A stretch of 51,225 nt of DNA, counting the filler, from Thelocarpon superellum (lineage: Eukaryota), in the NCBI GenBank assembly GCA_026025795.1. It is 2 parts of 2 records of this genome, joined end to end, with 100 filler letters (N's around TTAATTAATTAA, not from the genome) between each part and the next. Parts side by side here need not be neighbours in the genome. Positions count along the whole stretch, not along the records: positions 1 to 25,615 come from JAPEUG010000267.1; positions 25,716 to 51,225 come from JAPEUG010000268.1. One strand, given 5' to 3'. Both the position numbers and the translations under genes were made by a program. Positions within the stretch are counted from its first letter, which is position 1; each line of letters starts with the position of its first letter. Below, in pieces: positions 22,069 through 34,302 of the stretch. The notes below the pieces were generated by a model. It saw only the letters and a program-made list of their open reading frames with translations, was not told the origin of the DNA and did no database searches.

Positions 22069-25000
22069 TCACTTCTTTCCCCTTGCGCCTTTCTTCGCTC
22101 CCGCTTTGCCCTTGGTTCCTTTGCTTTTGCCCCTGGTCGGCTGATCCTCTTCCGAACTGCCCCCATCGTCCTTCTCGTTGTTGCCGTTGTTGCTCTTCTT
22201 CGGCGCTCGTTTCTTCTTGGGCTGCTTGACGTATTTGTCTTTGCTGAGGTCCACATCCTCGCCCTCCTCGCCCTCGCTCTCGCCCTCGTTGGCGTTCTTC
22301 TCGGCATCAATTACTTCGTCCTCGTCTGATTCCTCAATCGCTTCTTCTAGGTCTGGCTTGTCTTTGGCTGCTTTGCGCGGTGCTTGCACGCTGCTAGCCT
22401 TCATGAACGACAGCGGATGAGATTGTTGGTTGTACCTGGACCGTGTTAAAGAGACCTCCTTGCCTGCCATGCGCCAGACAACTTACAGTCTCGTAAAGGT
22501 CGCCTTGGCCTGCGTCGGGATCTTGACGCGCTCCATGTCCATAGGTCCAACGCCCAACTCGACAATGGCGTCAAAGTCGTCCTTGTTTAGGTAGTAGTGG
22601 TCCATGATGTCGATGACTTCCGGCACGGCTTCTTTGCCCTCGACCTCCAACTTGTTCACCAGCCGAGCCCACAACGCAGGAAGATACTGCTGTCGGACCT
22701 CATGTCGGTCGCCTGACGCCCGAAGACGCATATGCCCCTGAATCTCTTTGACGAAGCGCATGAGTTTGCCTAGCGGCAGGTCAGCAATTTCTAGGAAACT
22801 TTGCCGTCCATCTCACCTTGCTTGCTGTTGTTCCCCAACCAGGACGTGAAGGCCGGTTGGCCACTCAGGGCGCCGTACGCGAAACTCGCCGGGCGGACCG
22901 TGCTGAAGATGGCATGCGTCGGCATCAGACTCCACTGCTGCTGGGAGCCATGGATCATGCGATCGACCATATCGCCGTCGCTGATGCTCTCCGCCGCCTT
23001 GTCCATCAACTCCAGCACCTTCAACCGATGCTCCTTGCCGCCATAGTTGTTGGCGATGGTCGGTCGAGAGCGGATGTAATTCTCCTGCACCATCAAGTAA
23101 CTCGTCTCGTGGTCGGCAAAATACATCTCCATCTTGTCGGTTAGGGTCTTGTGGCTGTTGGCGGCGAACATGCCCGAGCTGAATAGCTTGTGAGTGATGT
23201 CCCACGGCTTCAGAATGATGTTCTTCTCCCAGGCCTTGGACATGGCCTTGCCGTCGTCGAAGCTCATCTCGCGTTGATCCGGGTCGACGCGGTACTGTGA
23301 GAGCATGTTGATAATCTGCCGGATGTCGGCGTGCGTGCCCTCGATCAGGGCATCGATGACGTTTGGTGGCAGTCGGAAGCCCTCGCGATAGCAGATAGTG
23401 GCAACCCTGGCACGGATGTCGGCCGTTGTCGGTCGTCGGAAGGGCAAATCATACGTGACACCGTCAAAGGGCCTCATCTTGGGTGACCGTCGCTCGTTGC
23501 AGATCAAGATGATGGGCACATGGGTCTTTCGGACCGCCGCCGTGAGCGCACCCACCCCTCCTCGATCCCCCGCCGACATACCGTCCACTTCGTCCATGAT
23601 CAGGACCAGCTTTTTCTTACCCGCTTCCACGCTCTTCCCGTCGGCGGCGAAATATCCACGAAGCGAGACGTTGTCGAGCACTCCTCTCAGACCGGACTCG
23701 ACCAGGTTTTTGCTCCGAGCGTCACTCGCATTGCTCTCCAGGACATCGTAACCCTCCAGCTGAGCAGCGAGATGGGCGGCCGTGGTCTTGCCAATGCCCG
23801 GCGGACCATGGAGGATCATGGCACGGAAATTGAAGGTTCCGTCCTTTCCCGCTTTCTTGAAGTTGAGGCGCAAGTTGTTTGGCCACTCTCGCAACCATGC
23901 CTGCAACTTCTCCATCTGCCCTTTGTTGCCACACATTTGTTTCACTTGCGTTGGTGCATACTTGACCGTCCACAGTCGACTGTCGATGGCCTGGGGGGCA
24001 CCTCCCTTGCTGTCTCCATTCACGGCTTTGCCAGGTTGGCTACCGCGAGCCGCTTGTATTTTGCCACGCGACCGCTCTTCCCGCTCCATCTCGGCCGCCA
24101 TCTCCCGGACTTTCTGCTCCTCTTTTTGCTTCTTCTCTTCGTACTTGGCGGCAGCCTCCCCATCTCCGCCGTTGGGTGGCATGCGTCGTATCAGCTCGAA
24201 GAGGCCGTCCTCGTTGATAGACTTGAGATCCAGCTTCTGAATGGTCTCGAGTTTCTTCGGGCCGGCCTCCTTCCCAAGGACGACGTAGCTGGTTTTTTTG
24301 CTTGGGGCTGACATGACGTGCCCACCATATTTCTTGACCAGCGCTTGCCCTTCCTCTCGACCCAGGGAGTCCAGGATTCCAGTGAAGACGAAGGACAGGC
24401 CTGCCAGGCAATTCTCCTGACCCTCGGGCATTTCCTTGGAGCCGGCAGCGGCAGGGGCACTGCGCTGGGCTTGGTTGTAGAACTTGGGCTTGGCCGTCTC
24501 TCCCGTTTTGGGGGGCGGAGACGGCGCGCGAACCGTTGGAATGTCGGCAAGAATCGCATCCACCTCTTTGGACCCTTGACTTTTTTCCACCACCGCAGCC
24601 TTTTTGTCCTTCTTGACCGGGGTCTTCTTGATGGGCGGTTGAGTTTTGGGCCCCTTTTTGGCGGCGGATTCGCCCTTTTGGGGGGTGGATTCTGCGGCGG
24701 AATCTGCTTCGTCTTTGACTTTCTTGCCGTTTGCCGCCTTTGCTGGCGCAGCGGTCTTCGGCTTCGGGGCTTTTCGCCCGTTCGCGTTCTGCTTGGCGGT
24801 GAGCTTGCCACTGACCTCTGGGTCAAAGTCCTCGAAATCATCATCGTCGTCCACGTCGTTCATCTCAATATCCGGGATGTCCTTTTCCTCGTAGTCATTA
24901 TCACGATCCTTGGATCCTTTCTCCTGCTTGGCTGTTGAGATGTCATCGTCGACAAACACATCGTTGTCGTTCTCGGGCTCGCGGTAGCTGGTTGGCTTCT

Positions 25001-25508
25001 TCTTCCTCGCGGAAGAGCGAGTCCCCCCCGAGTGCGCGGTAGCGTCGCCATTGGCCTTGGTCGATCGTGGGGTTCGTGTCGTCTCCGCTGGCGGTGGTGC
25101 ATCCTTCTTTGTGGCCGGGCTCCGGGTCTTGGTGGGAGTCGATCGATGAGGTTTGGCTTTGGCACTAGACTGGAAGTAGTCCGACGTGGTCGTCTCCTCG
25201 ACCTTTGCTTCGGCCTTACTATCGACGGATCCTGGGTCAGCTTGTCTTTGATACCGGTTTTGCCCGAGGGAAATGGCTCTTACTGTCGCTTCGGAGGACT
25301 TCCTTTCTTGTCCGAAACATTGTTCCTGAGGCATCACTTAGTATCACAATCGAATGGAACACACAAAGTCGACCTACTTGGAAGGGATCTCGTCGTCGTC
25401 ACTATCTTCAATGACCTTGCGTTTCCCGGTCTTCTTCTTCGCTGCCTTCTCCTGGCTAGAGACCGGCTGACTCCCTCGGCCCCCGAAGAAATTCCGAATG
25501 TCGGGCAT
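22069..25508 (-). CDS. RFC1: Replication factor C large subunit (BRCT + AAA+); multi-exon
   Basis: MPDIRNFFG start, BRCT (CLAGLSFVFTG...AGPKKL), LWTVKYAP, Walker A GPPGIGKTT, ESNASDARS, Walker B IMDEVDGMS, WLGNNSK, acidic/Lys-rich tail. Confidence 0.96.
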
Positions 25509-25615
25509 GGTGAAGACTGGTGAGGAAGCAAATCAGAATCAGATCAGCGCGCGCACTCAACAGTAAGCACTGGCAGCCCCAGCAAGATTGTGTGGCAATG
25601 GCGGCGACGTGGCCG

Positions 25616-25715
25616 NNNNNNNNNNNNNNNNNNNNNNNNNNNNNNNNNNNNNNNNNNNNTTAATTAATTAANNNNNNNNNNNNNNNNNNNNNNNNNNNNN
25701 NNNNNNNNNNNNNNN
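25616..25715. other. Artificial assembly join: N44-TTAATTAATTAA-N44
   Basis: Symmetric 100-nt spacer with a central 12-mer giving stop codons in all six frames; not biological sequence. Confidence 0.95.
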
Positions 25716-25946
25716 AGGACCGTACGGCTCTGGGACCCGGCGACAGGCGCGCTGCAATCGACGCTCGAAGGCCACACGGGCGGGGTCTGGGGGGTGGCCT
25801 TCTCGAGCGACGGCCGGCTGCTGGCGTCGGCCTCAGACGACAGGACCGTACGGCTCTGGAACCCTGCCACGGGCGCGCTGCAATCGACGCTCAAAGGACA
25901 TACGAGAGAGGTCAACGCAGTGGCCTTCTCGAGCGACAGCTTATGA
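25716..25946 (+). CDS. 3' end of HET-E/NWD-type (NLR-like) WD40 repeat protein; partial, ends mid-repeat
   Basis: [76 protein letters not shown]. The 126-nt (42-aa) unit repeats at 25716 and 25842 with high nucleotide identity. Confidence 0.85.
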   Translation, partial: RTVRLWDPATGALQSTLEGHTGGVWGVAFSSDGRLLASASDDRTVRLWNPATGALQSTLKGHTREVNAVAFSSDSL

Positions 25947-26790
25947 CATCTCAGAGGTTCTTTTTTCTCTTCCTCTCTCTGCCCTCAAAGGGTCGTAGGG
26001 TCGTTCACCTATTTACGTTTTTTTGGCTGGTCACGCGAAAAATCTAGAAAGTTCCGGGCGTCTGTCCGTGCCACAGTGAGACGTAGCCCCCCCGGTCTCA
26101 CATTGATGATATAAGGTGAAAGACGGACCGAAAGAGTGGCCGTGAGGTAACCACGTCAAGCCAAATGCGTGCAGGAATTCAGATCCGTAGGCTTACCAAG
26201 ATTCCTGAGTAGGTTGAGACATGGGTAGGTAAGTCCTGTGGGGTACTCATACAACTTTTTCACCATGTTGTCGGTGAGGGGAGGATTATTCTGCTGCCGC
26301 GGCCGTATCTACGAACATCTGAACGTACCTCCGGCTTGCTGACCAATTGGGCACCTACGAACGACGGGTGGTGTAAGTACCCGTTGAACTGTTTATGAGA
26401 AGAATCATGGTCAGCCCACAAGTCCACTCCAAGATCGACAATGTGAATGTCGAGGGTCATAGCATTCGTTTGACGGAAACGCGTCATGAAAAAATTAGAG
26501 TGTTTTGTTGTTGCGTAGTTTTGCTTCGTCATCGTAAAGCGTAGGCCACTCGGGGTTAAAAAAGTGTAATCTTTCGCGTTGTGTTTGTTGCTGTGACGGG
26601 GGCAGGTGAAAGGATGAGGAGAGTTCGGACTTACGCTCTGGGAGAATGGTCCGGATTTACGCCAGGTCTTTGCTGCATCATCAGGAGACTCGTCACATCG
26701 GTCGCTGATCGTTATATGAGACATGCCATTTTCATCATTCCTATCAAGCTTCTATCGTGGATAAGAACAAGATCGTGGAACGAGGCGAGC

Positions 26791-27882
26791 TTAGTCAAAT
26801 AATCCGCCAAACCCTGGAATCGTGTTAGTCGCGTCGCTGGACCAACGACTCGGCCGACATACCTTCATCATCACTCTCCTCCTTCTCTTCCTCCTTGGCT
26901 TCCTCCTCCTTCGCTGCAGGTGCAGCGGCAGCGGATTCCGTCGCCGCCGGAGCCGCGCTCGCGTAGGCGTCGGGGTTGGCAATCCGATCCTTCAGCTCCT
27001 CAATCTCAGGCCAGCTATACTCGGTTTCAATCGCCACCGAGATCAGCTTCTTGTATCCATTGACGAGCGTGTGCATGACGGATGGAAGCGTTGGGTAGTC
27101 GAGCGCCAGGGAGATGGTCGCGATGGTCTTGATGGCCGACGAGAAGGCATCGAGGAGTTGCTTCTCTTCAATGTCCAACACGTCGGGCGAGAACGTCTGT
27201 CCCTGGTCGTAGATCTGCGAGATGCCCATGCCGTACGTAAAAGGCGAGATGTTGAGCATGTTGAGGAGAGTGGCCTCGGAGGCTCCCACCTTGGTCTTGG
27301 CCTCGACCAACTTCAGATCTGACGTGATTTCGATGGTACCACGAGCAATCTTGGTGGGTACGCCGAGGGCTTGGAAGAAGGATGTCTTGCCCGGCTCCAT
27401 ACCAGTGTTTCCGGCCGGGACAAACACCTTCATCGCACGTCAGCATGTCATCTGACGAATTGGAATGGTCATCCTGACATCGAGAGGCGCCACGGCACCT
27501 GCACGCGCGGGCGCCGCGACCTTGTTGCTCAGGATCTTCTCCCGCGTCTCCTTGAGATCGCCATTGGTGAAGACGAAGCCAACGTTACCCTTGACGTGCG
27601 GCAGGATGCGCTCGTATTCGGGGAAGTCGCTGAGGAAGCCCTTGATGGCGCGGCGGACCTAAGAGTGCATCAGCGACTGGAGTCGTTTCCCCAATGGAAC
27701 CTGCGCACCATCGTATTCTTGCCCATCAGGACCACCCCATCACCCCGCAAACTCTGCCGAATCTCGTGCATTTGCTGGGAGCTAACATTGTCGACGAGGA
27801 CGATGAAGATCGACTTGTAGTCTTTCAACAACGTCTCGAGCTTGTCGAAATACACCGCCTTGTTGCTGGACTTGCCCCCCAT
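26791..27882 (-). CDS. RPP0: 60S acidic ribosomal protein P0 (uL10); 4 exons
   Basis: [12 protein letters not shown]...[55 protein letters not shown]-terminal EESDDEGFGGLFD*. Confidence 0.98.
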
Positions 27883-28028
27883 GGCTTCTTGGTGAAGCTA
27901 GGATATTTAAGGGTCTAGTCTGAAGGAGATGAAGGGTTATTGTTGGCCGTTGAAAGAGCCGTCGTTTGATGGTCTTCTTCTACATCTCGTCGCGACAATT
28001 TCAACATCTACCGAGCGCTGGGACTGCG

Positions 28029-28035
28029 TTAGGGC
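28029..28035 (+). promoter_or_regulatory. TTAGGGC (Tbf1-like site) in the 347-bp divergent RPP0/TRM82 promoter
   Basis: Motif seen. TTAGGG elements are known in ribosomal-protein promoters of Candida albicans. This is a single short match. Confidence 0.3.
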
Positions 28036-28229
28036 CTGGAGTTGCCTCGAGTAGCTCGAGCCGAGGAAAGTTAGTCGCAGCGACGCTAGTGAGAGTGAGA
28101 GCTCCTACTAGACTAGTAGTCACCGTCAACCATGACATCAACCACAACACTTGAGGCTCAGCGCTGTGGAAGAGTCTTTACAGAGAATGACAAATCCCAG
28201 CATTTTACATTGAACTCTCCTTCTCAGGC

Positions 28230-29931
28230 ATGACGCATCCATTTCAGTGTCTATCAGTGTCAACTTCAGATCGGCGACCGAACCTGAAGGATGGTGTCTT
28301 GGCGGCCGCAGCCGGTCACCGGCTGTACACATTCAGCCTGAATGATGGCGCGCTGTTGTCGGTCTGGCCCGAGCCAGATCCGGGTCAGCTAGAAGAGGAT
28401 TCTCCCACAGAAACCCACCAGCCTCCTTTGAAGAAGCACAAATCGAACTCGCTGATTGACGGAAGCCATGCCTCCAATAGTCCGTCGAAGAGCCGTCCCA
28501 GCGTGCAGGAAAAGTCCCCGACCGCATACAAGCCAGCAATCATCACAATGACCTTCACATCTGATGGAGATCATCTTGTAATGGCCACGGGGGAAGACAA
28601 GTGCGTTCGTGTCTTCAATGTGGGGACAGATGGGAGACTTGCTCTATTCAGCGAAAGGTCAGGGGACCATCTAGATCTGCGCGGACGTATGCTCATGACC
28701 TGTAGATATATGCTCAAACGACCCTGTGCAATCGTGACCATACCCAGAGGCGTATCTGAGGAATCAATTCTCTCGGCCGATAAGTTTGGGGACGTCTACT
28801 CCTTCCCGCTGCTGGGCAAGGCAGGCGATCTTGCCACCACCGACTCCAGTCCGGCCAAAGCAAAGGTCCCTTCGGCCAACGAGCATACCGTGCATACGAC
28901 GCGCAATCAACAAGCGCTGCAGAACCAGATGAAGAGCCATACCTCGGCGGTGACGAAGAAGACCCTCGACTTTGAGCATGAATTGCTCCTAGGCCACGTA
29001 TCCATGCTCACTGACATTGCCGTGGCACGGCTGCCCGACGAAAAGGGCACCTCCTTCGTCATCACGTGCGATCGAGACGAGCACATCCGAGTATCTCGTG
29101 GGCCCCCTTACGCACACATCATCCACGGCTATTGCCTTGGCCATACGGAGTTTGTCAGCCGGATCTGCGTGCCACGCTGGAGCGACAGGCAGTCTCGTCA
29201 TCTCATCTCTGGTGGAGGTGATAGCTTTCTTGGGAGTTGGGATTGGTTAGGTGGCGAATTACGGCACACGGTTGATCTCTTGTCAATTGTGCGAGCATCT
29301 GTGCCATCCTGGTCGGAACGGGAACAGGCACAGGTGGGGATTGCGAAGGTCAATGGCCAAGACTGGGATGAGCCGGATAAGGGGGATGCAAAGGGAGATG
29401 AGAGGTCCAAGATTGCGGTTTCGGGAATCTGGGATGTGGCTTTCGACCTCGATTCGAAAGAGAGGCCGGGGACCATCATGGTTGCTTGTGAAGGGTAAGC
29501 ACGCAGGAATATTGCGAGACTGAAGCTGACAGAGGTCTAGCGTTGAGGCGCTAGTCATCTTCAATCTCTCGAAAGATTACAAGTTGAGGCATGCGCAGAC
29601 GCTGTTGCTCAAGGGTAATGTACTGGATTTGGTCGTTCCCAATCCAAATACAGGCTCGGTCGTCGTCTCGATCGACAACGTACACGTTCCTGGTTCTACG
29701 ACCGTCCAGCGTTCAACCACGGAGCCAACGGTGCTGCTGCAGTCTTTCATCCGCGAGCCGAACAAGGAAGATCTTCTATGGAAGGAAGACGTGGAAGTCA
29801 AGAGTTCTATTGAGAAAATCAATCAACAAGGGAGCTGGGAAAGAGAAGGGCCTAGAAGGCCGGGTGCATTGACGGAGATGCTGTATACCGTTGAGAAGTT
29901 GAGGAAACGGGGGGGAGAATCAGAGGATTGA
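28230..29931 (+). CDS. TRM82: tRNA m7G46 methyltransferase non-catalytic WD40 subunit; 3 exons
   Basis: HPFQCL, ATGEDKCVRVF, KRPCAI, ILSADKFGDVYSFPL, LLLGHVSMLTD, DRDEHIRVSRGPP..HIIHGYCLGHTEFVS, C-terminal LYTVEKLRK. Confidence 0.93.
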
Positions 29932-30256
29932 ACGATGTTACTAGCCCTTCCAAAATTCGACAATTGATCCGCATCGCGATAGCAAGTGTGTCAATGCAAT
30001 GGCTCCGTCGTAGTCGTACCGAGGGACCGACAGATGGGGCGCGCTAGTCGAGCAGCGACGTCGATCACCCGAGGCTGACGAGTTGCGAGTACTCGTACGG
30101 GGGACAGGGGACGCAGCAGCCTAAGATGGACCTATGGAGGACCCCGCCGTCTAATATCAAAATAATCCTCGGAGCCCCTCCACCACCTCACCGCCAATTC
30201 ATAATATAATCACCTCCATCGCATTATCTCACGTCTTTCAAGAATCGGTTCTCGGA

Positions 30257-31560
30257 ATGGCACATGACTTTGCACCGTTGAAAAACGACTTGATCTTACG
30301 CGCAGCTCGAGGTAAAGGAGACAGGTCTTTTGGTGCAACGAACGACAACTGAAGCTCAATTAGGGGAGGAGGTACCTCGACCACCGGCATGGATCATGCG
30401 GCAAGGTAGCTCCCTCCAGCTCGCTCCCACCCAGGAAGCCCAACCTCCCCGCGCTCACGCGTATCAGCGGGACGATACCTACCAGAATACCACGAGGCCA
30501 AAGGGGAGCATGATTTCTTCGAATGCTGCCGATCGCCGGAGATCGCGTCGACGATAACACTGCAACCGATCGAGCGATTCGAGGGCCTCCTCGACGCCGC
30601 CATCATCTTCTCCGACATTCTCGTGATTCCGCAAGCGATGGGGATGGAGGTGGTCATGGTGGACAAGAAAGGCCCGCACTTCCCCGACCCGCTCATCTCA
30701 CCCGACGACGCCCAGTATCGCGAGATCATGGAGCGGCCCGTCGACGTCACCAAGGAGCTCGACTACGTGTACAAGGCGATTACGCTGACGCGGCAGAAAT
30801 TGGCGGGGCGCGTCCCGCTCATTGGCTTTTGCGGTGCGCCGTGGACCCTCATGAGCTACATGGTGGAGGGCGGGGGCAGCAAGTTATTCGTGCAGGCCAA
30901 GACATGGATCTTCCGCTACCCGGACCAGAGCAAGGCGCTCCTGCAGAAGATCGCGGAGCTGTGTGTCGAGTATCTCGCGCGACAAGTGCTCGCCGGGGCG
31001 CAGGTCGGCACTCGGACCCTTCCTTCCTCATGGACTCTGCTGACGAAGCTGCGGCGTCCTAGCTGATCCAAGTCTTTGATTCCTGGGCCTCGGAGCTCTC
31101 CCCGGACTCGTTCCAGACCTTTTCGCTGCCGTATCTACGGTACATATCGATGCACCTCCTGCTCCGCCTGAAGGAACTGCACCGCGAGCCTGTGCCGATG
31201 ATCGTGTTTGCCAAGGGCGCGTGGTACGCGCTCGACTGGCTCTGCGGCTCCAACTACGACGTGGTGGGGCTTGACTGGCTCCAGGACCCGGCGGAAGCGG
31301 TGCGCGTCGCACGCGGCCGCGTCACGCTGCAGGGAAACGCGGACCCAGGCGTGCTGTACGGTGGCCGTGAGGCCATATCGTCAGTGGTAAGGCAGATGGT
31401 GAGGGGGTTCGGGGGCGGGACAAAGGGATGGATTGTCAATCTTGGCCATGGTATCACGCCTGGTGTCAAGCCTGATGACCTGGGCTTCTTCCTGGCTGAG
31501 GTCCAGCGCGTCGCTCGAGAGGGGCAGGGAACGGAGGACGACAGGGAACGTGTACAGTAG
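30257..31560 (+). CDS. HEM12: Uroporphyrinogen decarboxylase; 4 exons
   Basis: [89 protein letters not shown]. Confidence 0.97.
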
Positions 31561-31869
31561 AGCAGTAGGAAGTCGTCAAAGAGGGAAGAAGAAAAAGAGT
31601 AGACCGAGGAGAATAGCGTAGACGGCGCCAAATGTATTCCTTCTGTCATTGTGTATCTTATTGTCCTGTACATGATTCCCACACCATCCGTCACTCCACT
31701 CCATCCATGTCGCAATGAATCCATCCTTCACTCCGTCCAGCAAGGAAGTACGCACTCTCGTACACGAATGACGCCAGATGCATGCTGCGTGCGTGCGCGC
31801 GTGGGTGGACTCACAACACCATCCTCTTCTTGTTCCTGCTCTTCCTCTTCCTCCTTCCTAGTTCTCAAG

Positions 31870-34302
31870 CTAGGACATGAACGCATCAGGCGGGAGATTG
31901 GCCTGTCATCACACCTCAGATTAGCTTGCTTCTCCCCACCCACACGAGTACGCACGCATATACACGCCCAGCTCGGTACTTACCTTGACGCTCTCAAACG
32001 CTGCCAGCGCCCCATCGAAATCATAGCCAATCTCCTCGAGGCACAGCTGCGAGTATGGTAGCGTCATGTTCGTCCGCTTGCTCATCTCAATCACCATCTG
32101 TTCCTTGTGCACCTGCTCCGCCGATTTGCCATTCACTCCCATCCCGAGGCCGTCCGTGATGGGTGGAGCCGGTTGCGTTCCGGCGGGAACGTGGTTGGTC
32201 GTCGTCGTGCCGTCCTCGGGGATCCACGCTTCGAATCCGCCATACGCCCGGTAGGTCAGCATGTCGCTGAGCACGCGTACCCCTGTCGGCCCGGAGCCAG
32301 GGCCGAGGATGAAGGTGCGGTCGAAGCTTCGGGTGACGGTGGCTTGGCCCGTGGCGACGTTGACCTCGTCAAATTCCCCGTGCGCCATCACCATCAGCCC
32401 GCCCACGCCGGCCGGCGACTGGCCGCTGGGGTCCGGGAGCGCCGGGAGCGAATGGCACTCAATCAGCCACTTCTTGCCGTCGTCCAGCAGGCTGGGATGT
32501 CGCGTCGCCGGGAGGCTGTTCCACCGTTGTCGGATGCTTTCGGGTCCGACGTGGGCGCGGGATATGCGCGCGGGTAGATGAGTGATTTTGGAGAGGTTGC
32601 GACTGCCCTTGATGTACGTGTCCCACGTGATGGGCGTCGTGGCATCGGCGCCCGTGGGGAGTGCCGCTCGTGGCGCCGAGGTGTTGATGCTGTAGGAGAA
32701 GGTCGATTGCGCATCGTACAGGGTGTTGACCAGGGTGGTGCGGTCAGTATCGAAGGCAGGGAAGAATTGCTTGATAAAAGTCTCGGCGATCTGGCCCTCG
32801 TCACGGAAGCTGGCGCCCAGGGTGGGGAGAGGGAGTTTGCCCATCGACGCAATGTCTTCGTCCGTGCGCACTTGCACGGTGTTGAGCATGCGCAAGGTCG
32901 GATACCACCGCATCACGTCATCCTTGTAATTAGGCTCGACCTTTTCCATCGGGTTGCCGCTGAGCACGAGGTGATCCAGGTGTCGGAATTTCCAGCGCCA
33001 AGGCCCCAGGGCGCCCATGGTCTCGAAGCGGTTGTGGGAGAGGTCGATGTTCTTGACGTCGGGAAAGGTCTGGGCCAAGGTGGTGACGGTGGAGATGGTC
33101 TTGAGCTCGTTGTTGGCCAGCGACACACTGACCACGGCGTCTCGCTTTTGCTGCTCATCGGTGAAGAGGGAGTCGCAAATGAGCATCAGGGCGGGGAAGA
33201 ACTTGGACGAGGTAGAGTTGGTGTTGAAGGTGCCGAGGCTGACGAGGTCGGGATCCTTGCCCAAGGAGGACAGATCCAGGAGCTTGAGCGCGGCGTCATA
33301 CCGACGCGTGAGCACCGCGGTCAGCAGTTCTCGAGTCGACGTGGCCGCTTCAGAAGCTTGCGCATCGACCCCTCGGACATCACGTCCCGACGCGGATGCT
33401 GATGCAGACGCGGATGCGTGATAGTGCACCTCGATGGTCAAGGGCGCGCCAGCGAAGACAAAGGTGTTCAGGCGCAGAATTCGGGGTGCATCCTCTTTCC
33501 GGACCGACACGATCATGGCGTCCCCTTCCATGCGCGACTATATAGTATTAGCAAGGCATATAATACCTTGGTCGGCAGGTCAGCCGCGCGTCGCGTCGCG
33601 CACGATCGGGCTTCGCGGTCGTCGTTCTGAGAGCTTGGCTTGCAACGAGGGCGGACCGGAGACGACGATGTGGAGGAGGCGCAGAGCACGGCGACCGGCC
33701 GAGCGGGAGCTGAGTAGGTGACATACCTTTCTGATGCGGACCGCCGCCGCCGCTGGGTCGGAGCCCGTGGCCTTGCGCTCAAGGAAGGAGAGGAGATCTT
33801 TGACGCCACCGTCGGGGTTGGCCGCGGCCTTGCTCTGGCGCAGCCCGCGCACGGAGATCTGGTCCAGGTCGTGGGGGTGATCGGCGGCCCGACCCCTGCG
33901 CGATATCTCCTTTAGCACGCCGGCAACATTGATGCCGTCCCGGCCCGGCTTGATCGTGGCCTCACCCGCGGCGAGCCCGCGAGCAATGGCCTTTTGCAGA
34001 CCGACGCCACTGAATAGGCCTCGTTGCGGGCCTGTGCCGGTCGCCGTGCGACCCCGGGTATGGTCGCCGTTAGATTGTACGGCGGAGCCCCGGGCGCGCC
34101 CGCCGCGACCGCGACCCGCGCCACCGCCGCTGGCGCCGACTGGGGCATCCATGTTCAGATCTCCGTCTCGGTCCGTCCGCGGCTGCGGCGTTCGTCGTTT
34201 TTGGACGCCGCCACGGCTGGTTGGACGGGGCAGATCGATGACGCTCCGGGTGGGGTGACCTCGGCCACGAGGTCCCGAGGGCGGGGTGGCATGTCGCTGC
34301 AT
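31870..34302 (-). CDS. MEX67: mRNA export factor Mex67/NXF1 (RRM-LRR-NTF2-UBA); 3 exons
   Basis: LLSFLERKAT, RRYDAALKLLDLSSLGKDPDL, SKFFPALM, LRR, NTF2-like (HGEFDE...RSFDRTFILGPG..VLSDMLT), TAP-C (RTNMTLPYSQLCLEE; last exon ANLPPDAFMS*). Confidence 0.93.

Noticed and set aside
25660..25671. TTAATTAATTAA as a piggyBac TTAA target or regulatory palindrome
   Set aside because: Centred in symmetric N runs, so it is an artificial six-frame-stop linker.
25716..25946. Direct repeats as a CRISPR array or LTR
   Set aside because: They are in-frame 126-nt WD40 coding units with no unique spacers, in a eukaryotic genome.
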